The position numbers and the translations under genes were made by a program. A stretch of DNA of 64,000 nt from Narcine bancroftii (Eukaryota), in assembly GCF_036971445.1 (NCBI RefSeq), contig NC_091470.1:108872001-108936000 (forward strand), written 5' to 3'. Under the pieces are notes generated by a model. That model ran no database searches. It worked only from the letters and a program-made list of their open reading frames with translations, and was not told where the DNA came from. Positions 49,714-60,754 of the stretch are shown here, piece by piece. Numbering within the stretch: position 1 is the first letter of the stretch; every line of letters begins with the position of its first letter.

Positions 49714-52700
49714 AGACTATGGTGGGCAGAGGTGTGGTGTCAACCTCTGTGAGCCAGAAAGGTAGGGATAAAAGGAAAAGGGCAATAGTTATAGGGGATT
49801 CAATGGTTAGGAGGACATCCAGAGGTTTTTGTGGACATGATAAGGAAAACTGGATGGTGGTTTGCTTCCCTGGTGCCAGGGTCTGGGGTGTGACTATGCG
49901 CATTCAGAACATCCCAAAAGGGGAGAATGAGGAGCCTGAGGGGGTAACACTAAGGGGGTAATCTCTGGATTTCTTCCTGTGCCATGTGACAGTGAAGGCA
50001 GTAATAGAATTAGGTGGAGGTTAAACACGTGGCTAAAGGGGTGGAGTAAGAGACAGGGTTTCAAGTTCATCAGATGAACTTATACCACTGGGACCTTTTT
50101 TTGGGGAAGATGGGACCTATACCGTAATGATGGGTTACATCTTAATCCCAGAGGGACCAGTCTCCTGGCGGGGGCATTTGCTAGGGGTGTTGGGGGGGGT
50201 TTAAACTAGTATGGCTGGGGACAGGGTTTCAAGTTAAGCAGGACAGCAGGGTGAAGGTTAGTAGGCTAAGGAAAGAGACAAGTTTGAATAATTTGAGGGA
50301 GGAAAAGCAAGAAGTAGTAAAAAGATGTTGTAGTGAAAATTGTGAGAATGGAAGAGAGGAGGATATGCAGAAGGTAGGAAGTATGAAATTCCTGAGATGT
50401 ATTTATTTTAATGCGAAAAGCCTAGTAAGGAAGCTGGATGAGCTAAAGGTGTGGATTGACATGAGGCATTATGATGTTGTGGTCATTAGCGAGACGTGGT
50501 TGAAGGAAGGTTGTGACTGGATGTTCCAGGATTTCGCTGCTTTAGATGTAACAGAGTTGGGAGATTAAGAGGGGGAGGTGTGGGCATTACTTGTCAGGGA
50601 GGATATTACAGCAGTGCTGAGGCAAGGTAGACTGGAGGGCTTGTCGAGGGAGGCAGTGTGGGTAGAGCTGAAAAATAATAAGGGTGAGGTTACTATTATG
50701 GTGGTATATTATAGGCCTCCAAATGGGGAAAGGGAACTAGAAGAGCAAATGTGCAAGGAAATAGGTGAGATGTGCAGGAGAAATAGGGTGGTGTTGGTTG
50801 GGGATTTCAATTTTCCATGGATTGGGAAACGCAGTCAGTAAAAGGGCAGGATGGCTTAGTATTTATGCATTGTGTTCAGGATTGCTTTTTGCAGCAATAT
50901 GCTGAGACGCCAACTAGAGGGGGAATGGTTTTAGATCTGTTGTTTGGGAATGCAATGGGGCAGGTGACGGAGGTAAGGTTTAGAGAGAACTTCAGATCCA
51001 GTGATCATTGGTCCATTAGCTTTAGTTTAATGATGGAAAGGGATAGGTCGGGTCCGAGGTTGAAGGTCTTCAGTGGGGGAAGGCCAGATTTTGAGAAATG
51101 AGAAAGGTATTTGCAGAGAGTTGTGTGGGCTGATCTTTTTGCCAGGAAGGATGTAGAGGAAATTTGAGGGGCATTTAAGGGTGAGAATTTGAGAGTACAG
51201 GATCTTTATGTTCCAGTCAGGCCGAAGAGGAAGACTAAAGGTTCGAGGGAGCCGTGGTTTTCTGGTGAAATTAAGAAGTTGGTTCTGGACAAGAGGGAGG
51301 CCTATACCATATATAAAAAACAAGGGTTTGAGGAGATGTATGGTCATTACTTAGATTGTAGGAAGAACCTTAAGAGGGAAATTAGAAAAGCAAAAAGAAG
51401 GTATGAGCAGTCCATAGTTAATAAGGCAAAGGTGAAACCAAAGGGTTTTTACAGATATGTGAACAGTAAAAGGAGGGTTAAGGATAGAATAGGTCCACTG
51501 GATGATGGGACTGGTGAACTATGTCAGGAACCATATGAGATGGGAGAAATATTGAACAATTTTTTCTCATCCTTATTCACGAGGGAAAGGGACATTGGGC
51601 TGTATGAGATAAGAGGAGCAAAGGACTTAGTTATGGAAAGGATAGGGATTAGTAAAGTGAGAGTTTTGGAGCTTCTAAGGTCAATTAAGGTGGATAAGTC
51701 TCCTGGTCCTGAGGGGATTTTTCCCAGAACTTTAAGGGAGGTCAGGGAACAAATAGCGGGGGCACTGACAGTGATTTTTCAAAGATCACTGGAGGAGGGG
51801 GTGGTACCACAGGATTGGAGGATTCCAAATGTTGTTCCATTGTTCAAAAAAGGCAGTAGGTGTAGGCCAAGTAATTATCGGCCAGTAAGTTTGACTTTGG
51901 TGGTGGGGAAGGTTATTGAGGGTATTCTTTGCATATCTGGATAGGCAGGGATTGATTAGGGGCACCAGCATGGGTTTTTAAAAGGAAAGTCATGTTTGAT
52001 GAACCTTGAGTTTTTTGAGAAAGTGACAAAAAAAGGTGGATGAAGGTGGATGTGATCTATTTAGATTTTAGTAAGGCTTTTGATAAGGTTCTGCATGGAA
52101 GGTTAATAAGGAAGGTTCAGTCACTAGGAATTAGTAGAGAGATTGTGACATGGGTTCAGAGGTGGCTGGGAGATAGACAGCAGAGAGTCATGGTGGACAA
52201 CTGTATGTCAGGTTGGAAGCCTGTGACGTGGGGTGCCTCAGGGATCAGTGCTGGGTCCCTTGTTGTTTATCATTTTTATTAATGATTTAGAGGAGGGTGT
52301 GGTTCACTGGGTAAGAAAATATGCGGATGATACGAAAATAGGGGAGTGGTGGATAATGAGGTAGATTTTCTTGGATTACAGCAGGATTTGGTTTGTTTGA
52401 AAGAGTAGGATGAAAGATGGCAGATGGAATTCAATGTGTTGCATTTTGGTAAAAATAACCGGAATATGACATATACAGTTAAAGGGAGGGCATTGAGGCA
52501 CGCAGAGAGCAAAGGGAGTTGGGGATTATGGCACAGAGTTCATTGAAGGTGGATTCCCATGTAGACGGGGTAGTTAAGAAGGCATATGGTATGCTGGCCT
52601 TCATAAATCATAGTATAGAGTATAGGAGCTGGGAGGTGATGCTGCAGCTGTTTAAGGCATTGGTGAGGCCAGGTTTGGAGTACTGTGCTCAGTTCTGGTC

Positions 52701-53227
52701 TCCAAATTATAGAAAGGGTATAGATAAGGTGGAGAGGGTGCAGAGAAGGTTTACAAGGATGTTGCCTGGCTTACAGCATCTGGATTACAGGGAGAGATTA
52801 AGGAGACTGGGATTTTATTCATTGGAATGTAGACGACTGAGAGGGGACTTGATGGAGGTATTTTAAATTATGAAAGGAATAGATAGACTAGACATAAACA
52901 GACTCTTTCCCTTGAGGGCAGGGGAGGTTGGAACAAGAGGCCATGAGTTAAGGGTAAGGGGGAAACATTTTAGGAGAAATATTAGAGGTGGCTTTTTCAC
53001 TCAGCAAGTGGTGGCAGAATGGAATGATCTTCCGAATGAGATAATTGCGTCAGGGTCGCTTCTGTCATTTAAGAGAAGGTTGGATGTGTACATAGAGGTG
53101 AGGAGGTCGGAGGGTTATTGGCGGTGAGCGGGAGGTTTGAGCTAGTGGAGTTGTTCTAGTGAACCGGTGTGGACTCGAAAGGCCGACATGGCCTGTTCCA
53201 CTCCGTAAATGGTTATATGGTTATATG
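49714..53227 (+). mobile_element. CR1 LINE: ORF1 esterase C-terminus plus near-complete disrupted ORF2
   Basis: AIVIGDSMVR...CFPGARV (SGNH esterase); YFNAKSL / ISETWL / YYRPPN / GDFNF endonuclease; KSPGPEG, NYRPVSL, YLDFSKAFDKV, YADD RT; tail of ATGGTTAT repeats at ~53207-53227. Many frameshifts. Confidence 0.93.
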
Positions 53228-53399
53228 ACATATATATAGAGATATATAGAGATATATCTCTATATATCTCTATATATAGAGATATATATATTGTGTGCTG
53301 CAGGGAACTATTTTATTTTTACATTAAAGAATGATTATGCTTCACATCTCTGTGTGCAAGCGTATTTCTAATCCTCAGGTACTAACAATGAAAAACAAT

Positions 53400-53924
53400 A
53401 TAACGTTGAACAGAAAGATAATTTCAGATTTGCTGTATCATGTAGGAAGTTGTAGAAACATGAAATTAATTTTTATTGAATTTAACATGTTTAATCGCAT
53501 AATGAAGCTGACAGATTGCGTTAGTTCAACTGACCTAAAAATGTTTCACCGCTGATTTTCATTTGTACTCAGCATCTGATGCCTCTCATGTCAGTGTCCA
53601 ACAGTAGTCAGCCGGGATTGATGGATTACAGTTGCCCTGATCCAGCTTTTCCACGGGCGCAACGTCCTGGTGAAACTTTTCACCGTGTTCATCACTGACT
53701 GCACCGAGATCAGCCGGGAAGTGCAGAAAATTAATCTTCAATGACATGTTGCACTTAATGGTTTTGTCTGCTTGAAGTGGACTTAAAATATGACAAAAAT
53801 AGGTTATATCTAAAAAAAAGGTACGTGATAGGAAATTTTTAAAGGCGATTTTCTTGATCTCAGCCAAAAATCCATAAAATACACCCAAAAGTGTTCAGAA
53901 AGCAAACTCTTTTTTTGTCCAGTG
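53400..53924 (-). mobile_element. Chapaev3 (CMC) DNA transposon internal-deletion derivative
   Basis: Minus-strand end TTA|CACTGGAC at 53924, then transposase C-terminus CNMSLKINFLH..ADLGAVSDEHGEKFHQD..ADYCWTL. Family assignment is from motif recall. Confidence 0.65.
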
Positions 53925-56800
53925 TAATCAGGTCTCCCAGAGCTCCCTGCACTCCGAGTACTGCACAAAACTGAAACCTCAAAGATGTGGCTAGTTCTAG
54001 CAAGTAACCATTATAACGCAAAAGAAACAGTTAGAATGTGCTGTGTTGTACTGAGAGATACAAGGTTACAAGGTGCATACTGGCAACTTTGACTGGTCCT
54101 GTTGTCTTTGAAAAGCAACAAAATCTAAGAAGTCCTTCCTTCCCCCCATCCCACCCCCCCCCCCACACCACCCTCATCTCTCTACCAGGCAAAGTGGCTG
54201 AAGAGATGGTCCTTTCCATTCGCGGTCAATGAGAAAACGAAGATGACTGAAAGAAATAAACCAAGAAAATGTTCGACCGCATGAACCCCCACTCTCACCC
54301 ACAGCAGGAAGTTGGGGGTAGCAGGAAGAGGGCTATTTCCCAGATGAGCCACTGAACTAAGGATCCGTCCCTCTCTGGGAGGTTTTCGAGTCCTGTTCCT
54401 CTCTTGACCAAGATCACTGACAATAAATGGTGGGTGAAAGACTGGAGGCTGCAGACACTGACTGTAGTAAACACACCGAATTGCTGGAGGAACTCAGCCG
54501 GTCTCTTCAGCATCTATAGGAGACAAAGACGCATTACTGACATTTCGGGCCTGAGCCCTTCTTCATGGGAAAATCAGAAAAGGCATAAGCAGGATGTATC
54601 AGAAAGTCTCTGAATTCAAACAATGGGGGAAGAATCCAGACCAACAAAAGGTATTAAATAAATATAATAAGGGACTAGGTGGAATTTATCATGTCTGTAT
54701 GAAAGGAGAGAAACTGGGGGATGGGGTAAGAAGGGGGTGGGGGGGGTGGTTTAGTACAGTGTGTCAATTATCTCAGCATTTAAAAGTTCAGATTTATTTT
54801 CAAAGTACATCACATACAATCCTGAGTTTCTTTTCCTGCAAGCACGGCAGAATTACCACTTATTGATGTGCAAAAAAGCTACATTCAAGAAGATGCACAC
54901 ATGTAAACAAATAAAGATTGTAAACAAACTACAACACAGAGAGAAAAAAATCAATGAAGTGCAAAAAGTAAGAGTCTTTAAATGAGTCCGTGATTGAGAT
55001 TTTTGTTGAGGGATCTGAAAGTGGAGGGGGAGCAGCTGTTCCTGAACCTGGTGGTGCGAGTCTTGTAACACCAATACCTCTTTCCTGATGGTAGCAGCGA
55101 GAACCGAGCATGTGCTGGGTGGTGTGGGTCCTTGATGATCGCTGCAGCTCTCTGACGACAGCGTTCCCGTAGATGTTGTCGATGGCGGGGAGGGCTTTGC
55201 TTGTGATGTTGAGGGCATTGTCCACTACCTTTTGCAGGGCTTTCTGCTCAGGGGTACTGGTGTCCCATACCAGACCGTGATGCAGCCGGTCAGCTCGCTT
55301 TCCACCACAAAAAATGGTAACATAACGGTCAGCTCAACGCTGTTACAGCGCCAGTGATCGGGGCCAGTGGTCGAATCTGGCATTGTCTTGAAAGAGTTTG
55401 TACGCTCTCCTTGTGCCTGCATGGGTTTTCCCCGGGGGCTTCAGTTTCCTCCCACCCTTCAAAATGCACCTGGGGTTGTAAGTTAATTGGGTGTAATTGG
55501 CCCGCACAGGCTTGTGGACCCAAAGAGCCTGTTACTGTGCTGGATGTCTAAGTTTTAAAATTCAAATGTTTGTCAAGGTTTCTGATGCCATACCGTATCT
55601 CCACAAATCCTGAGGACGTTGAGGCACTAATGTGCTTTCTTCACAATTTGTCTACATTATAACAGTGGCCACATTTCATAAGCAATTCATTGGTTGTTTT
55701 AGTACCTTGGGATGTGCCAGGGATTGATATAAATACAAGTCTTTCTTTTCCAGAGCCTGGATGGTAACCAGCAGCATCATCTGCCACTAAACTCTGTCCT
55801 CGATACAAAGTATTAGGAACTCCTCCTGATGCACATTGCAACCAGTGTGCTCCAGATTCTGATTGAGAGGATTTTCTGTGTTGCCTTTTATATTGAAGGA
55901 ACGTAGTGGAGTTCCTCGTCGTCTATGGAGAGTCCCCTCTTCAGGACCATCAGTGAAGACCCAGAGCACCAGTGATGGCCCAGGTCAGTCTACATTCCCA
56001 CCTCAGTCTCTGTGCATGTACATTGAGGGGAAGTTTTACAGGGCTGCCTGAGTGGTTCAGCCCAGTCCAGCCAGATGGGACATTACCCACAACAGCCAGG
56101 AGTAAAACACTTCAATCATTAAAGGAAAGGAGGTGCAGTATTCTCTTCCTCAATTACAAAAGTCTCCAACTCAGCTGATCAATGTGGGAGCATTAGATCT
56201 GTACCATACAGACATATTCATAAAAATACCCTTGTTTAATTTTAATGATAGAACATGGTAGGAGGTCCTTCCACCCCATGAAACCCATGCTGCCCAATTA
56301 ATCTAACAATCTCGTATGTTTTGGATGGTGGGAGGAAACCGGAACACTTGGAGGAAACCCACACTGGTCATGGGGAGAAGGTACAAACTCTTTACAGACT
56401 GTGCCAGATTTGAACCAGGGACAGTGATAGCATTGCAATGACCCTGTCAGATTTGGAGGGAAACACGAAAGTCTGTGATTGTCGTAAAAACGCATAGAAA
56501 TGCTGGAGGAACTCAGCCGGTCTTGCAGTGTCCCTAGGAGGTAAGATGTATATAACCGATGTTTTGAGCCTGAACCATGTGGTCTCCGCTACATTGGAGA
56601 GATTGGACACAAAATGGGAGATCACATCGTGAGCACCTTGGGGTCTGTCTGCCGTAACAGCGTGAATCTCCCAGTGGCCACCCATTTCAGTTCCCTGTCC
56701 CATTCCCTTGCTGACATATTTATTCATGGGCTCATGCACTGCCGTTAAACCCACCACCCCCCCACCTCATCTTCTTCCCCCGTCTTCTTTCCTCTAGTTC

Positions 56801-56837
<37 letters not shown>

Positions 56838-56915
56838 TTCAATTTTTAAAAATGTTTTTTTTATTAAACACAATGAAGAAAAGGGAACAAAACTGAAAAA
56901 ACAATATGGCGTATA

Positions 56916-57436
56916 CAGTGAAACCCTGATTTAATGTGATCCAATTTAACACAAAATCGGATATAACATCCTGGATACAGGGCTTGTGGCAGGCCAGCAA
57001 GTGGTGGCACTGTGGAGTTCTAGCCGCCAGGTGCCCCGCAGATCAGCTGGAGACGCACACACCGGCAGCCGCTGGTCGAAGCAGAAGGCCGGGCCGGTCC
57101 GACCGCAGGCGGCTATCGCAGCACAGTGGGTTGTTGTCTAGCTGCAGCATGGACGGGCAATGCGCTCTCTTCCAACATGGCCAGCGCATGGCCAACTGCC
57201 TCAGCTTGTACAGCTGCTGAAGGTTCTACTCCTGTGCAGGGAGCTGATGCCCAAGCAATGCAGCTAGAGTGTGGCCAGGTAGGACTGGGATTCGGTTGAA
57301 ATGGAGGTGAGGCAGGTTGAAACCCTGCTGGTGATGTTCTCGCTGTATATGTGAAACCCTGATTGAGAATAACCTCGCGTTTTTCATGATGCTGCTTTGT
57401 GGATCCAAATGATTGCTTTATAATGGGGTTTCAGTC
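56916..57436. mobile_element. Tigger/pogo-like (Tc1/mariner) non-autonomous element carrying host-gene sequence
   Basis: TA|CAGTGAAACCCTGATTTAA at left, TTATAATGGGGTTTCAGTC|TA at right; extra left-end-like copy at ~57350. Confidence 0.7.
56968..57345 (-). pseudogene. Fragmented LINGO-family (LINGO3-like) LRR/LRRCT coding sequence
   Basis: Collinear minus-strand peptides SENITSRV, CLTSISTESQSYLATL*LHCLGISSL, NLQQLYKLRQL, LAMLEESA, LQLDNNPLCCDSRL, FDQRLPVCASPADLRG and CHKPCIQD, separated by deletions and frameshifts. Confidence 0.8.
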
Positions 57437-57726
57437 TATTAATATAAAACTTCAAACTGTAAAAACTCGACCTCCCTCCACTGCCATGGGTGGAAATGAA
57501 AAAAAAAATCAAAATTATGAAAAACTCCACCTCACCTACTCTAATAAAAAACACAGCTTAATCCTTAATATTTGGTAGTGTTTGGCTCCTACTGTAAATC
57601 AAAAAACAAAGGTAAGACTATATTTCATCTGGAAGAGCGTGTACATCTAATCACATTAAAAACATTTACGTCACATGAAAATAAGACACATATCTTCAAA
57701 TTTCACCGGTAGATCAAATACATGAG

Positions 57727-57964
57727 TGTGATAGTACAGATTCTATCACCAATGTGTATATGTACATATGTACAGATGGTAGTGTAGGATGACTGTGATT
57801 GGCTGAGAGTGTAGCCACACCTACTGGCAGGTCTTAAAATTTGCTCCTAGCCAGACCAGGTCATTCTGGACTGGTCGACCTATTTGTGATATGTTCCAGT
57901 CTTTTAGTTAATAAAATCCTTAGTTTGGATCAACAAGTCTTTGGTTCTTTTGACGTGCATTACA
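57727..57964 (+). mobile_element. Solo LTR (238 bp)
   Basis: TGTGAT...ATTACA termini, ATTGG box, AATAAA near 57910, flanks ATGAG / ATGAT. Confidence 0.75.
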
Positions 57965-59117
57965 ATGATATCTAATTTTTTTTCTAGACTTAAACAGGAC
58001 ACTTTTGGAGGTCTTGAGTCTTTCCATTTGATTTTTCTAGCCAACAATGTAGAGAAGAGCACACCCAATGAACAGGTACAGAAAATCTTCCTATGTCTTG
58101 GTCAATAGCTCCCGACAAAGTAGTTATTGAATTGGGTCATAGCTCCACCCGGATTATAATCGAAAAGGCATTAAAAATTTCTTTCCAATAGTTTTCTATC
58201 TCTCTCTCTCTCTCTCTCTTTTTCTCTCTCCTCTTTCCCCCTGTATCCTTTCACAGAGCCAAAACCAATTCTCATCTTTCCTCTTATCATAACCAATTAA
58301 CATCTTTTCGTCTATTGGTCTGGACTCCTCCCCTTCCCGTTCTTCCCCCTCTCTCCCCAGTCTTAATTCAGCTGCTGCCTGCTTTTTGCTTATGCCTCAG
58401 GCCCGAAATGTCGGTGATATATCTTTACCTCCTATGGATGTTGCGAGACTAGCCAAGTTCCTCCAGCATTTCTGTGTGTTTTTACTGCTGGATATGGAAC
58501 CAAGGCAAGGGGGAGCAGTCATGGGCTTGAGAGCTGAATGGCCTTTCCTTCCTTACCTTCTCTGATATATTCCAAGATGTGTGGGGTTCCAGGGAAGGAG
58601 CAATGAGCCTGGAAACTCACAGATCGAGAATGGGCATGAGGGACAAAAAGGAGCTTTCTCATCGCTGAATGTATTTGCTCCCTGGTCCAGTAAATTCAGT
58701 GACAAAGTAATTGACTCAATGAAGAACCATTTCACCTTGAAGAGTTAAAGAAAGGGCGGAGTCACGTGATGGAGTAGTGGCCGGACGGTGAACTCCAGCC
58801 CTCTCCACAAAGGCACAAAAATAAAAATTAAAGAAAAGTGAGTATAAAGGTGGAAAGAAGATGGCGACGAAAAAAGAAAAATCGAAATCAACGGTAAGAA
58901 GAGAGGAAGAGAAGACAACGGAGGAAGAAGGAGAAGGCCTTACCTGTTCGAAGAGGCCCGCGGTGGAGAGAGAAACCCGCTCCCTCAGGTCGGTAGAAAG
59001 TGGACTACAAAAATGGCTCGCTGAGCCGAGTAAAAGTGCGCAATCGCGCATGCGCATGCAAAAAAACACACCGACGGGAGGGGTGACCAGCTGGGGAGTC
59101 AATCTCCACAGCCGGAA

Positions 59118-60083
59118 ATGACAGCTGCAGAACACCTGCAGCAAGAGGAGAACATAGAAGACAACGAAAACAAGAAAGAAGAGAAGAAAAGGGCAACAAA
59201 GAAACAACAGATGGCCAACCCAGAGGAAGAAGAAGAGGAAGAGGAAGAGTACAGTGAAATAGAAGAAGGGAAAGGCAAGATAAAGGATTTACTTTCTCTT
59301 ATTAAAGAATACATGGAGTCATTTAAAGAATGGCAAGCGCAAGAATTTAATGATTTAAGAAGAAGAATAAACAATACAGAAGAGAAAATGAATAAAATAG
59401 ATATGACCTTAACAGAAATGGGAAAGAGAATGGACAAGATGGAAGAGCAGGAAGCAGCAGTAGAAATGGAGGTAGAGGACTTAAAAAAGAAATTAGAGGA
59501 ATCTAATAAAAAAGTTATAGAGACACAAGAACTGTTAGCTCAGAAAATAGATATAATGGAAAATTATAACAGAAGAAATAACATAAAGATAGTGGGCCTT
59601 AAGGAAGATGAAGAAGGCAAGAATATGAGAGAGTTTATAAAAGATTGGATCCCCAGGATCCTAGGATGTCCAGAACTACAGCAAGAAATGGAAATAGAAA
59701 GGGCACATAGAGCATTGGCCTTTAAACCACAACCACAACAAAAGCCAAGATCTATTTTAGTAAAATTCCTAAGATATTCTACAAGAGAAAAGGTACTGGA
59801 GAAGACAATGGAAAAAGTAAGAGAGGGCAACAAGACACTGGAGTACAAAGGGCAATAAATCTTCATTTATCCAGATATAAGTTTTGAACTCCTGAAGAGG
59901 AGAAAGGAGTTCAATACAGCAAAGGCGATTTTATGGAAGAAAGGGTATAAATTTATACTAAAGCATCCAGCGGTATTGAAAATATTTATTCCAGGACAAC
60001 AAAACAGACTATTCTCGGATCCAGAGGAAGCACGAAAATTTGCAGAACAATTACAAAATAGACTGAGGGATGAAGACATGTAA
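59118..60083 (+). pseudogene. L1 ORF1 with one premature stop
   Basis: ENYNRRNNIKIVGLKE, IERAHR, PRSILVKFL; TAA at 59856-59858, then the frame continues IFIYPDISFELLKRRKEF...EDM*. Confidence 0.9.
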
Positions 60084-60754
60084 CGAGAGTACAAAAGACT
60101 GAGAACTAAAAAGACACATAAGTTTTGAACTCCTGAAGAAGAGAAAGGAGTTCAATACATTGAAAACGATCTTATGGAAAAAAAAACTATTCTCGGATCC
60201 AGAGGAAGCAAGGAAATTTGCAGAACAACTACAAAACAAGCAGAGAGATGAAGATATGTAATAAGAGTAAAAATTACCACGATTTATATGTATGTGGGTA
60301 AAGAGGGTAAAGTATCTGTATTTACATGAATGTATCTGTATTTAGAGGAAAATATAGATAGTATAGACAAGAATTAATAAGGGAAGGAAATGGAATAGAG
60401 GGAATAAGGAGGGAACTAAAAGAGTGACCTTTGTTACATATGAAAAGTGAAATCTTTTCTGGGGGGGGGCTGGGTGGGGGGGGAGTTGCGGTCACTGTAA
60501 AATCAGCTGACGCTTGCGAGTGAATTCGCAAATCCAAATGGAAAGGGGAGATGTGGTTGTCCGACAAGGGATAAAGGACAACTCAGGAGGGGAAGGGGAG
60601 ATTGGGGCTAAAGAAGTTTTAAATAGGAGAATAAGGAAAATGTTTGATGTTTTAGGAATGTTGTCTTATAAAGGGTCAAAACAAGAAAACAGAAAAGGAT
60701 AAGAAGGAAAGGTAATGATGGAGAAATGGAAAGGGAAGATAAACAAAGTATAAA

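Noticed and set aside
55740-55990. Plus-strand exon-like segments (ttttccag and gaag...CAG|gtcagt)
   Set aside because: Translations are unrecognisable and no partner exons were found.
58716-59207. 163-aa hydrophobic antisense ORF over the L1 5' end
   Set aside because: The Phe/Leu/Ser-rich composition simply mirrors the purine-rich sense strand; not supportable as a protein without conservation data.
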